Source: the human T2T-CHM13v2.0 reference genome, Homo sapiens. Taken from it: a stretch of 64,000 nucleotides of DNA. The position numbers were made by a program, and so were the translations under genes. The stretch lies in the NCBI RefSeq assembly GCF_009914755.1, contig NC_060936.1. One strand, 5' to 3'. Below the pieces are notes generated by a model, which was not told the DNA's origin, did not search any database, and worked only from the letters and a program-made list of their open reading frames with translations. Below, piece by piece: positions 14,064-26,980 of the stretch. Within the stretch, counting starts at the first letter, position 1; the number at the start of each line of letters is the position of its first letter.

Positions 14064-14814
14064 AGGGACTATCAGGGGTTTGAATATCCTTGCCCTACCG
14101 GGTGATCTGGCATAAATTCACCTCTATCTCCACCTTAGTTTGGGCCATTCTCCCCAAAGCCTGCTGTGCATTCATCCAACCATGCTCCTTGAATGTGGGG
14201 TGTTTGCCAGGCCCCGTTATGCACTTTACAGCGTCATCTCACTTGGTCTTTACGAATCCCTGTGCTGAATTATGATCACTGTCCCCACTTGACAGATGAC
14301 AAAACCGAGGCCCAGTCACTTGCCCAAGTTCCCAGAGCTGACAAGTGGCTGAGCAGGATTTGGATGTTAGTCTATCTTGCATCAAAGTCCACACTCCTTC
14401 CCGTAGTAATCTGGGCAGCTTCTCCACTCTCCACCCACATTCCCTCCCCACATATGTAGGCATCTTGCCCTTAAAAAATATTCAAGGCTGAAGCTGCCTT
14501 ACATAGAGTATTATAATTAAGAGACTGGGCTCTGGTGTCAGACATTTCCAGGCTTAAATCCCAGCTCTACCACCTGCCAACTGAGTGCCTCAGTTTCCTC
14601 ACCTGTAACTTAGAGACAATCATGGATTTTGATTTCGGGGGCTCCTATGGGGATTTGGTGAGGGAATATGCACTTAGTACATGAGTCCCCACATGGTAGC
14701 CAGAGTCTGATGTCATTGCTGGACAGTGTCCTCCAAACCAAGAAAGCTAATGAACACTGGGTCATGCCTATTGCCAGGGTTTGCTCATCCCACAAAATAT
14801 CTTTGAGCTCCTAA

Positions 14815-15129
<315 letters not shown>

Positions 15130-15291
15130 TCCTTGAGCTTCTAAAATGGAAATGTGTCAGTCACTGTGGTGGGAGCCAGGGACACAGAGGTGAGGAAGAC
15201 AAGACTCGCCCCTCTCTTCAGAGTGCTGATGGTGGTCTTGGAAGGGAGGGGGACCCTGAGCCGAGCATGCATCAGCTTTCTTTTTATAAGC

Positions 15292-15503
15292 ACGTGATTC
15301 TTCACAGGGCACAATTCCTTCCCTGCCCAAAGAGACATTTGGCAATGTCTAGAGACAGGTTTGCTTGTCATGACTGGTGGGTGTTACCAGCACACAGGGG
15401 GCAGGAATGCTAAACATCCTGCAATGCACAGCACCGGACAGTTCCCCTCATCAAAGAAGCACCTGGCCCAAAATGTCAGTAGTGCAGAGGCTGGGAAATG
15501 CTG
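15292..15503. mobile_element. MER20 DNA transposon
   Basis: gacatttggcaatgtctagagaca...ctaaacatcctgcaatgcacag...ggcccaaaatgtcagtagtgc. Confidence 0.85.
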
Positions 15504-15954
15504 GGACATGCACAAGTGAGCCCCATGAGCACTTCTGTGGCCTCTGCACAGAGACCCCAGGGTTCCACAGACTAAAAGAGAGGAAGCATGTGCCCGCACC
15601 ACCCTCTTCCAACCTGCCTTCTCTCATCAGCTGCTTCCAGCCAGATAATCAGGCCTCCCCTCGGTTTAATAGGATCCAGGCCGCTGAGGCAAATGTAAAA
15701 ACAAAACCCTGTGCAAATGTGTTTTTATGTAAACACAGCAGGGGGTGGTGGCTGCCTGCAGAGAAAGAACCCTGTGGCTGGTACTTCTCAGAGCAAAAAT
15801 AACCCCAGTGTTACTGCTCTGGGAGCAAAGCAGGCAATGGGATGAGGGGCGTGTGGGAACCCAGGTGTTCCTGGGAGCCATCCCTGCCCCAGTGAGCCAT
15901 CCTCTGCCTCCAGGTGAACCTTTCAGGCGCCTAGAATAAGTGAGCAGGCGTTAA

Positions 15955-16345
<391 letters not shown>

Positions 16346-16369
16346 TATTGTTATATTTTCTTTAATGTT

Positions 16370-17171
16370 TTGTATTGAGTATCGTTTACCTACAGTAAAA
16401 TGCACCCATTTTAGTGTACAGTTTGGCAAGTTTTGACAAATGTGTACAACCATATAACCTCTACTGCAATCAAGATGAACAAATGTTCCATCACCCTCAA
16501 TTCCTCTTTGCCCCTCTGTGGTCAATCCCTCTTTCATCTCTCGCCCCTGACAACCACTATCTGTTTTGTGTTGTCTTTCTTTTCTGCCATTACCAGAGTG
16601 TCATATAAATGGAATCATAATAGCCTTTGAGTCTGGCTTCTTTCACTCGGCATAATGCATGATGCCTTTGAGGTTTATCAGTGCTGTTGTGTCATCAGTA
16701 GCTGATTCCTTTTCATGGCTGAGTAGTACTCCGTTGTATGGAGGCACCACAGTTTGTTCATTCACCATTTGTTTGCTTTCATTTTTGGCAATTACAAATA
16801 AAGTTGCTATAAATATTTGCATGCAGATTTTTGCCTGAGCATGGGTTTTCATTTCTCTTGGGCAAATACCTAGGAGTGGACATTTAACTTTTTAAGAAAT
16901 GGTCAAACTGTTTTCCAAAGTGGCAGTATACCTTTTCACATTCCTACCATGGATGGATGGGAGTTCCAGTTGCTCCACATCCTCTCCAGCACTTGGGATT
17001 AGTTTTTGTTTTTTGTTTTTGTTTTTTTTTATTTGAGCCATTCCAGTACAATGTGTGTGTACTGGAATTTAAAAACCTCCTGTCTAGACGATTAGAACAG
17101 CCCACGTGAAAGCGATTAGAAGTGACTGGAAAAAATCAGGTGTGTGGTGGCATCTCATTGTGATTTTAATT
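16370..17171 (-). mobile_element. L1M (MB-like) 3' fragment interrupted by a short insertion at about 17050-17138
   Basis: tacagtaaaatgcacccatttt...gttgctccacatcctctccagcacttg...gccattccagta [insert] ggtgtgtggtggcatctcattgtg. Confidence 0.8.
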
Positions 17172-17846
17172 AAAGCACAGGTTGTTGAGTTCTGTGGTCC
17201 TGGTGCTGCTCTTAGCAGCAGCTGGCAGGAGGCAGCTGATGTCAGTAGTTATAAGCACGAGTTCTGCAAGCCATCCCAGCTCTGCCTCTTGCTGAGTCTA
17301 TGACCTTGCATCCATTATTCAATGCTCTGAGCCTCAGTTTACTCCTCTGTTAAATGGGGCTTGTATTAGTGTTTCTCACTGGTAATATTATGAGGTATAG
17401 AAAATTTAGTATGTATATATGTGTAATATATATTATGTGTATTATTTTATATAGATATATTTTAAAAATACTAAATAGGACTGGTGTGCGAGTTAGATGA
17501 AGTAATGTGGAGAGAGCTGGCATGGTGCCTGGCCCAGAGTGAGAGCCCCTGCTTGTTAGAAGTCGCCGTGATTATAGTTACTGGGCACTTGCTGTGTATT
17601 TAAAAGCAGTAAGTATAGTGAGTGCAGCCAGACTTACCCAGTCAAATCCTGGCTCTGCCTCCTACACCCTAGCTGTGTGACCTTGAACAAGTTACTGAAG
17701 CTCTCTGGGCCTCTGATTCTACACCTGTAAAATGAAGATAATTATAGTGCCTGTCTCAAGGGGTTTTTATATGGCACAAATGAGTTTAAATGTAAGGGGC
17801 CAGCTTCCTTTGTTCAACATTGTTCAGCCATTTATGAGGCTCAACA

Positions 17847-17976
17847 GCTGGGCGTGGTGGCTCACACCTGTAATCTCAGCACTTTGGGATGCTGGGATGG
17901 GAGGATCACACTTGAGCTCAGGAGTTCAAGACCAGCCTGGGCAAATAGTGAGGCCCCATTTCTAAAATAATAATAA
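17847..17976 (+). mobile_element. Alu monomer (FLAM-like)
   Basis: gctgggcgtggtggctcacacctgtaatc...; gaggctcaa flanks both ends. Confidence 0.85.
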
Positions 17977-18237
17977 GAGGCTCAAGAATGTACAAAGCTA
18001 ACCTATGGTGATAGAAGTTAGAAAAGTGATGGCCCCTGGGGAGGGTGATTCGCTGAGAGGGGACAGTGGAGAGCCTCTAGGAGCCAGGGGAATGTTCAGA
18101 GTCTTGATCTGGGTGGGTCACCTGGGTGTGTACATATGTGAAATTCCTGCGCACTTGTTTTTACCATGCCACATATGAATTCTCTCTCATTAAAAAAAAA
18201 GGAAAAGGAAATGTTGAGGTCCTATGCAGAGCACTGG

Positions 18238-19069
18238 TGTATCAGTTTGCTAGGGTTGCTGTAACAAAACACCACATGCTGAGTAGCTTAAACAACTAAA
18301 ATTTATTATCTCACAGTTCTGGAAGCTGGAAGTCCAAAATTAAGGTGTCAGCAGGGTTGGTTCCTCCGAGGTGTGTGTGGGAAGAATTTGCTTCCTACCC
18401 CTCTCCTTGGCATAGATGGCCCTCTTCTCTGTGTCTTCATAGCGTCTTCCCTCTGGATGTATCTGTCCTGATTTCCTCCTTTTGTAAGGACACTTATGAA
18501 AGGGCATGGTGGTGACCAGCATCTATGGTGACCAGCATCTGAAAAACACCCCCCCTAATAAAAAGTATAATCACTTGTTCATTGACCTACCAGCACCATC
18601 GAATCTCTCTGCATGGTGAAACTTTGGCTCGCTTCTAGGCCTTTGCCTGACCCTTCAAATCATGACACGATTGTTCCTTGCTATGCACTATACATCAGAT
18701 ACTTTACCACCTTCTCTCAGTCACACACATCTGTCAAGATGTAAACTATGGCTGAATCATTCGACATCTACATGCCAACGGGGCTTCAATATTCTTTATC
18801 CGCTTATTTTTACATGTAAGCTAAGGCCTATACTACAGATCCTACACCTTCTTAGAAACTTGAAACACTGGTATTATTCTTCCATTCACAGTAACAGCAA
18901 CAATACTCATAGGCTACCTGACATATTAGATTAAAGCACACCCCAGTGACCTAATTTTAACTGGATTACCCCTGTGAAGAGACTGTCTCCAAAGAAGGCC
19001 ACACTCTGGGGTACTGGCAGTTAGGATGTCAACGTATTAATTTGGGGAGACATAATTCAACCCACAACC
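18238..19069 (-). mobile_element. MLT1 (B/C-like) LTR split by the CYTB NUMT
   Basis: Left half ends ...tttgtaaggacac; right half resumes catattagatta...ataattcaacccacaac, contiguous in the MLT1 consensus as I recall it. Confidence 0.85.
18528..18917 (+). pseudogene. NUMT: degenerate mitochondrial cytochrome b fragment (about codons 1-131)
   Basis: In the mitochondrial code it reads [21 protein letters not shown]...MHYTSDT...[25 protein letters not shown]...LYY.SYTFLETWN...MGY. Three 1-nt deletions and CpG-decay substitutions are present. Confidence 0.95.
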
Positions 19070-19351
19070 GCCTACGTAGAAAACACCCTCTGAGTAGTAG
19101 TTTGTGGTAATTATTATAAGGCATTCATTCTCATTTAATTCTCACAACCTCTGAAGGAGATACTGTCCACTTAACATGTGCAATCTGAGGCCTAGAAAGG
19201 TTCTGGGACACACCCTGTGTCTCATGGGCATTAATAGCAGGCTGGCCTTTAAGTCAAGGTCCACCTGTCCCCTCACTGAGGATCAAACTCTGAGTTTTTT
19301 TTCCGGCCTCCTCTAATCACTTTCACATGGCCTGTTTAATTGTCTGGATAG

Positions 19352-19553
19352 GAGGTTTTTAAACTCTAGTCCCTGGACCAGCAGCATCAACATCGCCTGG
19401 AAGCCTGTTAGAAATGCACGTTTTCAGGCTCCACGGGAGTCCTGCTGTGTCAGGAACTTTCAGCGGGGGAGGGGGGGCAGAGGGGGCACAGAGCCTGTAT
19501 TTTAACAAGCCCCCCAAAGGATTTCCAAGCTCACTCCAGTTTGAGAACTCCTG
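19352..19553. mobile_element. MER5A
   Basis: ggaccagcagcatcaacatcgcctggaagcctgttagaaatgca...ttttaacaagc...agtttgagaac. Confidence 0.8.
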
Positions 19554-20068
19554 CTCTATGCAGCCCCTGAGCATCACACTGTAGCAATGAGTTGCCTGAT
19601 TGGATCAAACCAAAAGGCCAAACCAGATTCCATATGGGACATAAAACTGCAGCAAGCACGTGGCTAATGGCCAGTAGCTTTCTCTGGGCTGGAAGGTCTT
19701 CTCTCTGATTCAGGAGACTTTAAAGACCAGCTTGCTGTGTGAGGCCTCCCTTCTCTCTGGTGGGATTGGCAATTGTACATGAGATTCCTTCAGGAATGGT
19801 TTGATCCAGACGATCATCCAGGACTTGGCAATGAGCTAGCCATAGAGGAGAGGGGAAGACCCAGCTCCAAGGAGTGCATGTTGCCTCTGGGGAGGCAGTG
19901 GTGCCACTAAAATCCCTCTGGAGCCACACAGCCCTAGGTTGAAATTCCAGCTCTGCCACTTATGACCTGCGTCACCTTGGGCAAGTCGCTGGACCTATCT
20001 GAGCCTCAGTTTCTCATTTGTATAATGGGGAGAATAGCACTCGCCTTCTAGAGTCATGGTGAACATTA

Positions 20069-20402
<334 letters not shown>

Positions 20403-20949
20403 TCATTTTCCTGATGGCAGGGGTCATATCATCTTCATGGATGTATTCACAGCACCTGACATACAATAGGTACTCAATAAATATTTGTTAACTGAAGATA
20501 TAAAAACATGCCGCCCCCCGCAGTGGAGAATATTTGGCTCCCACTGATTAGAATAGAGGTCTTTTCAGCCAAGGAGGGAGAAATTTTCCTCAGAGATGAT
20601 GCATTTGTGCAGTTTGTGCAGGATACTCTCGCTGTGGATAGATCCCTTGGCTCAGGCCAGGCCCGTGGGACAAACCTTGGCTTGCCAAATGGCTGTCACT
20701 CAATGAATGTTTGTTGAATGAATGGATGAGCTGTAGTTTGAATGTCGGGGGAGGGAGAAGTAAATAGGAACCAGAAGAAATTTTAAGGTAGTTTTTATTT
20801 TTATGTTTTACTAAGCAAGAGCCAGAGGAACAGAAAGCTCAGTCCACTTGCTCTAGGCCACACAGTCATTAGAATGAGGTTAAAAGATGGGGACAGAAAG
20901 AAGGAAAGTTTGAGACCACAGCTTGAGCCTCCTCCAACTCTCACAACTA

Positions 20950-21134
20950 CCCAGCACCCACTACATAATTTGCAGGGTGCAAGGCAAAATGAAAATGCAG
21001 GGCTCCTTCTCCAAAAATTATGAAGAATTTCAAGACAGTGACAGCAGAGCTTTAAACCGAGCACAGCAGGCCTTCTGAGTGTGGGTCCTGTGGGACCACA
21101 CAGTGCAGGTTGTGAGCCTGTGAAAATGGACCTG
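20950..21134. mobile_element. MER45-like hAT element
   Basis: ctacataatttgcaggg...gcaaaatgaaaatgcagggctcctt...aagaatttcaagacagtgacagcagagc. Confidence 0.7.
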
Positions 21135-22640
21135 CAACCACTTCCTCTACAGATGGGGAAACCCAGCTCAGAGAGGCTGCAAATGTCACCCAGGACACCC
21201 AGCCTGTCCTGCAGGGGAGTCCGGATTCAAGCCCAAGAACCTTAGTGGTCATCTGATTGACCTCTTCATGGAACTAGCCTGTCTGACTCCCTGTGCACTG
21301 CCATGGGCAGAGGGCGTCCTGTGCTATCTATGAGAAATGAAAGGAGCTTATCCATCCCCTTAGGAACCTGACATGCTGCAGCCGTCAGCAGCCTATTCCA
21401 ACCCTCGTGCCTTGCTCTTCCTCCCTGGGATGCAACCAGACAGACCTTCCTCCCTCCCACCCCGGCGGATTTATTCCTGGGGGTGTGTGGGCGGCTGCGT
21501 GTTTGTGTGGGGGGTGTTCATCTAAATTTAAAGACATCATGACAGCAAAGACCTATTAATGTTGGGGCTGGTGAGGACTCACTTTTCAAAGAATCCCAAA
21601 TAAATTAAGAGATACAAGACCGCCCCAGTTCTAACTTCTGTCCCTGTTCCACCTTACTCTGTGCCTATCAGCCCTCTGGCCTGGGATAAGAAGAGTAAAG
21701 GATATTGACGGGGACTAGATGCCTGTCAGGGACCCTGAGAGGTGGCATGATGGCACCCATTTACAAGTTGGGAAAATGGAGGCTCAGAGAGGTGACATGC
21801 GATTGTTAAGGGTTTTTTGTTTATTTGTTTTTAGAGACAGGGTCTCACTCTGTTCTCCAAGCTAGAGTGTGATGGCATGATCATAGCTCACTGCAACCTC
21901 AAATTCCTGGGCTTAAGCCTTGCCAAGGTCTTGAGTTAAACAAAGTGACAGAGCTGGAGGAGGACTCCTACACATTCCAGAACTCACCTTCCACCAAGCC
22001 ATAGCTGCCCCTGTTGATACAAACGTGCAAATAACAATAACTGTGGTTGTGCTGAGGCCTGGGAATTACCTGGCCCCATGGTAAGCATTTTAAACAGTTA
22101 CTGCAGGTAACTCTGCCAATACGCAGATGCTTTGCATGCCATATTCTCATCCCATTTTATGGGCAAGGAACTAAGGCTTAGAGAGATTAAATGGTTTCCT
22201 CAGCTTTCTCACTGCTGTTAAGTGACAAGCCAAGATTCCAGCTCAAGTCTAACTGACATCAAAACTCATGCTCTATCTCTTTCTTTAAATCCAGCTAATT
22301 ATGGAAAACAGAAACACAGATCTGCAAAATGAAAAAATAAATCACTCCTAATCCTACCTCCAAGAGGTAACATCTTTCTGTATATCGTTGTGTTTCCATC
22401 CATCTGTTTTTCTCTGCCAAAAGGGAGATTCTTGCTCCCGGCAGCTGACCTTGCTGTTCTGTAATTGCCAGGCAATTTAGAGATGACTTGAAATATATAA
22501 TTCATGGGTGCATCTTTCATCCTGGTCACTGGAAGGCAGCGAGGCATGACTGTCTCCCGGAGAGAATTTCAACTTTGACATGGGAGATGAGATCTTAGGA
22601 GCTTAGAAAAAAATTTCACAATTGGAGAGCCCACCAACAT

Positions 22641-23066
22641 TGAAACTAAACCAAAAACTATCTGAGACAGGTCTCAATCAGTTTAGAAGTTCATTTTGCC
22701 AAGGTTAAGGATATGCCCAGGAGAGAGGTCTGTGCATTTCTCCAGAGATGACTTTGAGGGCTTCAGTATTTAAAGGAGAAAAGCAAGCTGGAGGGGAAAG
22801 AAGGTATGGTCACGTTACTAAACCCACAGGTTGCAAGAGAAAAGGAGCAGGTAGAGGAGTAGTCAATTACGTTATTTGTTTCCCTCTCAGTAAATCAGCA
22901 CTTTACATAAGATAAGGTGAACATCAAGTAGCTACCTGTGGAGATATTTCACCTTTTATCTGTAGCTATCTGCTTAAGAACAAAAGGAGAGGCAGTTTCT
23001 TGCCTGACTTAGCTTCCAGCATAACTTTTTCCTCCTTTTAATATAGTTTTTTTTTTTCCTTGCACA
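22641..23066 (-). mobile_element. MER4-group ERV1 solo LTR
   Basis: tctgagacaggtctcaatcagtttagaagttcattttgccaaggttaagg...ttttttccttgcaca. Confidence 0.75.
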
Positions 23067-26000
23067 GAACGGACCCTAGTATCCCAGCATAGAGTGCTAG
23101 AAGTTGGGGATCCTAGCGTGGAACCTCACAATAGGATCTTATGATGGAGAGCTAGGATAAAAATCTTAGAAAGGAGCTCTAGAATCTGGCACCAAAACTT
23201 TGTAAGCCTGGATTCAGATGGGTCCACAGGCAGTGTTCTGGTTCTCTCTTCCATTAGGTGCAGGCCAGGGATGCTATCAACCACCCTACAATGCACAGAA
23301 CAGCTCTCCTCAACAAATTATCCAGTCCAAAGTGCCAGTGTCACTGATGATGAGAAACTCTGGTCGTGACTTTTCAAGACAGGTGCTTCTTTATTCTTTT
23401 GACAATTCCAGGGGATGAAGAAACCACCTTTGGTCAAAATGAGAAGATCCAGTTTCTAGTTTTAGCTCCAAGACTAACCATGTATCTCAGGCAGGTCCCA
23501 TGGTGTCTGCTGTTTCTCACTCATGAAGTGGGAATAAGGATTCCTGCCATGTGTTATAAATGGGTATGGCCTGATAGGGCTGGTTAACTCTGTGTATGTG
23601 CTGGGGGTGAGGGGGATGACAGCCATGGGGCTGTGCACATGTTCAGCATGCATGAATCTCTGCACCTCTGTGTGGCCTCCTGGCACCTTCTCTGTGGTAC
23701 GATGGTGTCCAAGTGATGTCTTCATGGATAGAATGGTCAGTCAGTTTCTGGCACTTGTTGCTTGCATATGAAGGGACATCTCTCTGTTGGATGCCAGCAG
23801 AACTCCTTGGGCCACTAAAGGCTTGGGAACCCCTGTGCCTTCTGAGCGGGCTCTGAGCATTCAGAGGAGAAAGGCTGTCTTGTACAGAAAGCCTCCAAAT
23901 CACTCCACTTGCCCCACAGAGAGGAGGCCCCGAGGTCAGAGGTCAGAGGGTGGCACTTCCACAGAAAACAATGTCACATAGAGGTTAGGATTAAGGGTCT
24001 GGAGTCAGACAGGCCTGGGTTGAGTCTTGTTCTGCCACTCACCAGCTCTGCCCTTTGGCAAGTTGACTGACCTCTCCAGGCCTTGGTTGTCTCATCTGTA
24101 AAGTGAGATTAAACCCAACCTACCAAGCAGAGCCCCTGGGGAGAGGCAATGGCACAGGGTACATGGAAGGGCCTGGCACATAGTAATTGTGCAACAAAAG
24201 GTGTTTATCCATTTTTCTTCTTTCTCAGGAGGGTGCCAAGGCTGAAGGCTGGGATGCAGGAAAACTGGGTCTGGGTAGAGTCACCCTCCACCTCCCCTTT
24301 AGGCCTCAGTTACCCCATATGTCTGTGAGGAAGCTGACCTGGAGGTTATGAACAGTCCTCCCTCCTGCTTTGATGGCTGTGAGCCCACCTCTCAGTCCTG
24401 CTCAGAGCTGGCAGTAGGTGCTGGCAACCCCTCCAAGGGCACAAGGTTCTCCGGGACAGGGGAAGAGAATTTGAACCTGTAGAGGTGGGCTGGGGAGCAC
24501 AGAGACCACCTCTCCACCACCACCCCCCAAACACACACACACTGCCTTGGACAGAAAGATTGGGCTTGGGTGATTTGGGGGTGGGGATGGCAGTTATTTT
24601 TCACTCCTGGTGGAAAGTTCCTCTTTGGGGAAGGGTTGCTAATAGGTGCTGTCACCGTTCCTAAATTAGAGTTCAATCCACCGTGGTCAGTGTGGAACCA
24701 GCAAATGGCAATTTGCTCGTGTTTGCGGCTGGGAGCAATGGGGGCTGCCAGGGAGCAGCGTGTGCTCTGGGAAGAAACCTGCAGGGCAGGAACCAGCTCA
24801 GCCCTGGCCTGGCTGTGTGACTCTGGACCACTCCTCCAGCCTCTCTGAGCCCCCGGGTTCCTCATCTGTAAAACATCAGACTTGAACTAGCTGGTGTCTA
24901 AGGGCCCTTTGAACTCTAGGATTCTATGGTATCATAATCATAATCTTGGTAATAGCTAAAAAGTATTGAGCACTTACTTGGGTCCAGGTCTATGCGAGAC
25001 ATTTTATATGGACAGAGGTTATTTCATTCAAGTTTCTCCAAGCCTCAGTTTCCCCTTATGTAAAGGAAGGCTGTTTCGCTAGGTGTTGGATCTCCAGGCT
25101 TTCTTGTAGCTCTGTCACTTGCTGTAAGGAAGAAGCTGAGTGACCTGAGAGTGGCCTTTGAGCTCTGAAGAGGGACAGGGTGAACTCCTTCAGTGGTCCT
25201 AAGCCCCTTCCCCCATAAACTCTGTATCAGTTTCCATTGCTGATGAAAATTAAGGGTCAGCAAATACTTTCTGTAAAAGGCTAGAAGGTAAATATTTTAG
25301 GCTTTGAGGGCCACATTTCCCTGAGCCCCAGCCAGAAAGAAATTCTAAATCCTCCCACAAGCCTTGCCAAGCACCTGGACCTTGGACCTTTCTAAGCTCC
25401 AGCAATCAACAAGCATTTTTCAGCTCAGCCTCTGAGAAGTGGTCACATCCCACTGGGACAGGAATGTCCTCAATGTATTATTTAGGAAATGGGCTCCGGT
25501 CACACTGCAGTTCAAGAACAGTCCTGAGCAGAAACTCTAGGCCCTTGTGGGATGGACCCCCACTGACCTTTTTCCACCTCCCAGTCTCTGCATGGTGTCT
25601 CCTGCTGCCTGGGACATTCTTGCCCCAGATCCTCCCATGACTGTCTCCTTGTCATTTTGCAGATCTCAGCTCAAATGCCTTCTGAGAGGGGCCTTTGGGA
25701 ACCACCCTACCACACACAGCTTCCTCCTATTCTCCATGCTAGGACTTTCCAATTATTTCAGTGACCCCACAGTGAGAAATGTATTTGACATTGTGATGCG
25801 CACACACAACCGAGGCAAAGGTTCACAAGATAACATTTCTCCTTACTGTATGTGAGTCAATGATAGCTTACTCTACGCCATTCCCTTTCATCCTATCCTA
25901 GTCCATCCTATCTCCTCCTTCCTGCCTTCCTCCCTGTTCTCTGCCATTCCCTGTAGGTCTGCCTCTTGGGTAAACACTCTGCCCAGAACCAGCAGAACCG

Positions 26001-26399
26001 TCCATTATCTCCCCCAGCCTATTAAGGAACTCTATGCAAATGTGCACTAATTGACCCAAGACACAGCAGCTCCTGGAGGAGAAGGATGACTCCAGATGGC
26101 TTAATGATAGGGATTTAGAAGTCCCTTCAGAAGTCCCTCTTGGGGAAGAAAGTGATCTGCACTTGGAGAAGGGCTGCCAGCTGCCTCATGGGGTGGCCAG
26201 TGGACTGGGTGACCTGCACCTTGGGTCCCTTTCATCAAACCACTGTACAAGGGAGACTGTCAGCTCACCCCTTCATCTCTCTCCAATCCCCTGACCCTTC
26301 CTGCAACATGGCCCCTTCCCCAGAGCCCACAGTTTGGATATTTCGTTGACATGTACCTCAGTGGGTCTCTGCCTTTTCAAATAAATTATTGTCCCCCCT

Positions 26400-26980
26400 T
26401 TTTAAATAGACTTTTAAAAAGCCATTTTAGATTCATAGCAAAATTGAGCGGCAAGTACAGAAAGTTCCCATATAACCCCAGACCCTCCTCCAACAGCCTC
26501 CCCCTCCATCAACATCCCGCACCAGAGTGGTCCCTTTGTTACAGTTGATGAACCTACACTGACACATCATTATCACTCAAGTCTGCAGTGTCCATTAGGG
26601 CTCACTCTTGGTGTTGTACCTTCTGTAGGTTTGGACAAATGTATAATGACATGTGTCCACCATTATAGTATCATACGGAGCAGTTTCACTGTCCTAAAAA
26701 TCCTATACTCTACCTACTCACCCTCCCTCTAGCCCTCAGCAACCACTGATCTTTTTACTGTCTCCATAGTTTTGGCTTTTCCAGAATATCATATCATTGG
26801 AATCGTACAGTGTGTAGCTTTTTCAGATTGGCTTCTTTCACTTGATAATATGCATTTAAGTTTCCTCCATGTCATTTAGCCCTGAATAATACTCCACTGT
26901 CTGGATGTACATACTCCTTTGGGTAAATTCCCATGAGCATGATTGCTGGATCGTATGGTAAGAGTATGTTTTGTTTTATG
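26400..26980 (-). mobile_element. L1MA/MB 3' fragment
   Basis: ttttagattcatagcaaaattgagcggcaagtacagaaagttcccatata...gatgaacctacactgacacatcattatcac. Confidence 0.85.

Noticed and set aside
15428-15445. ACAGCACC-GGACAG RE1-like half-sites
   Set aside because: The zero-nt spacer is non-canonical and it lies within MER20.
18662-18934. 90-aa ORF within the NUMT
   Set aside because: Only [10 protein letters not shown] is in the CYTB frame; the rest is frameshifted, with no evidence of expression.
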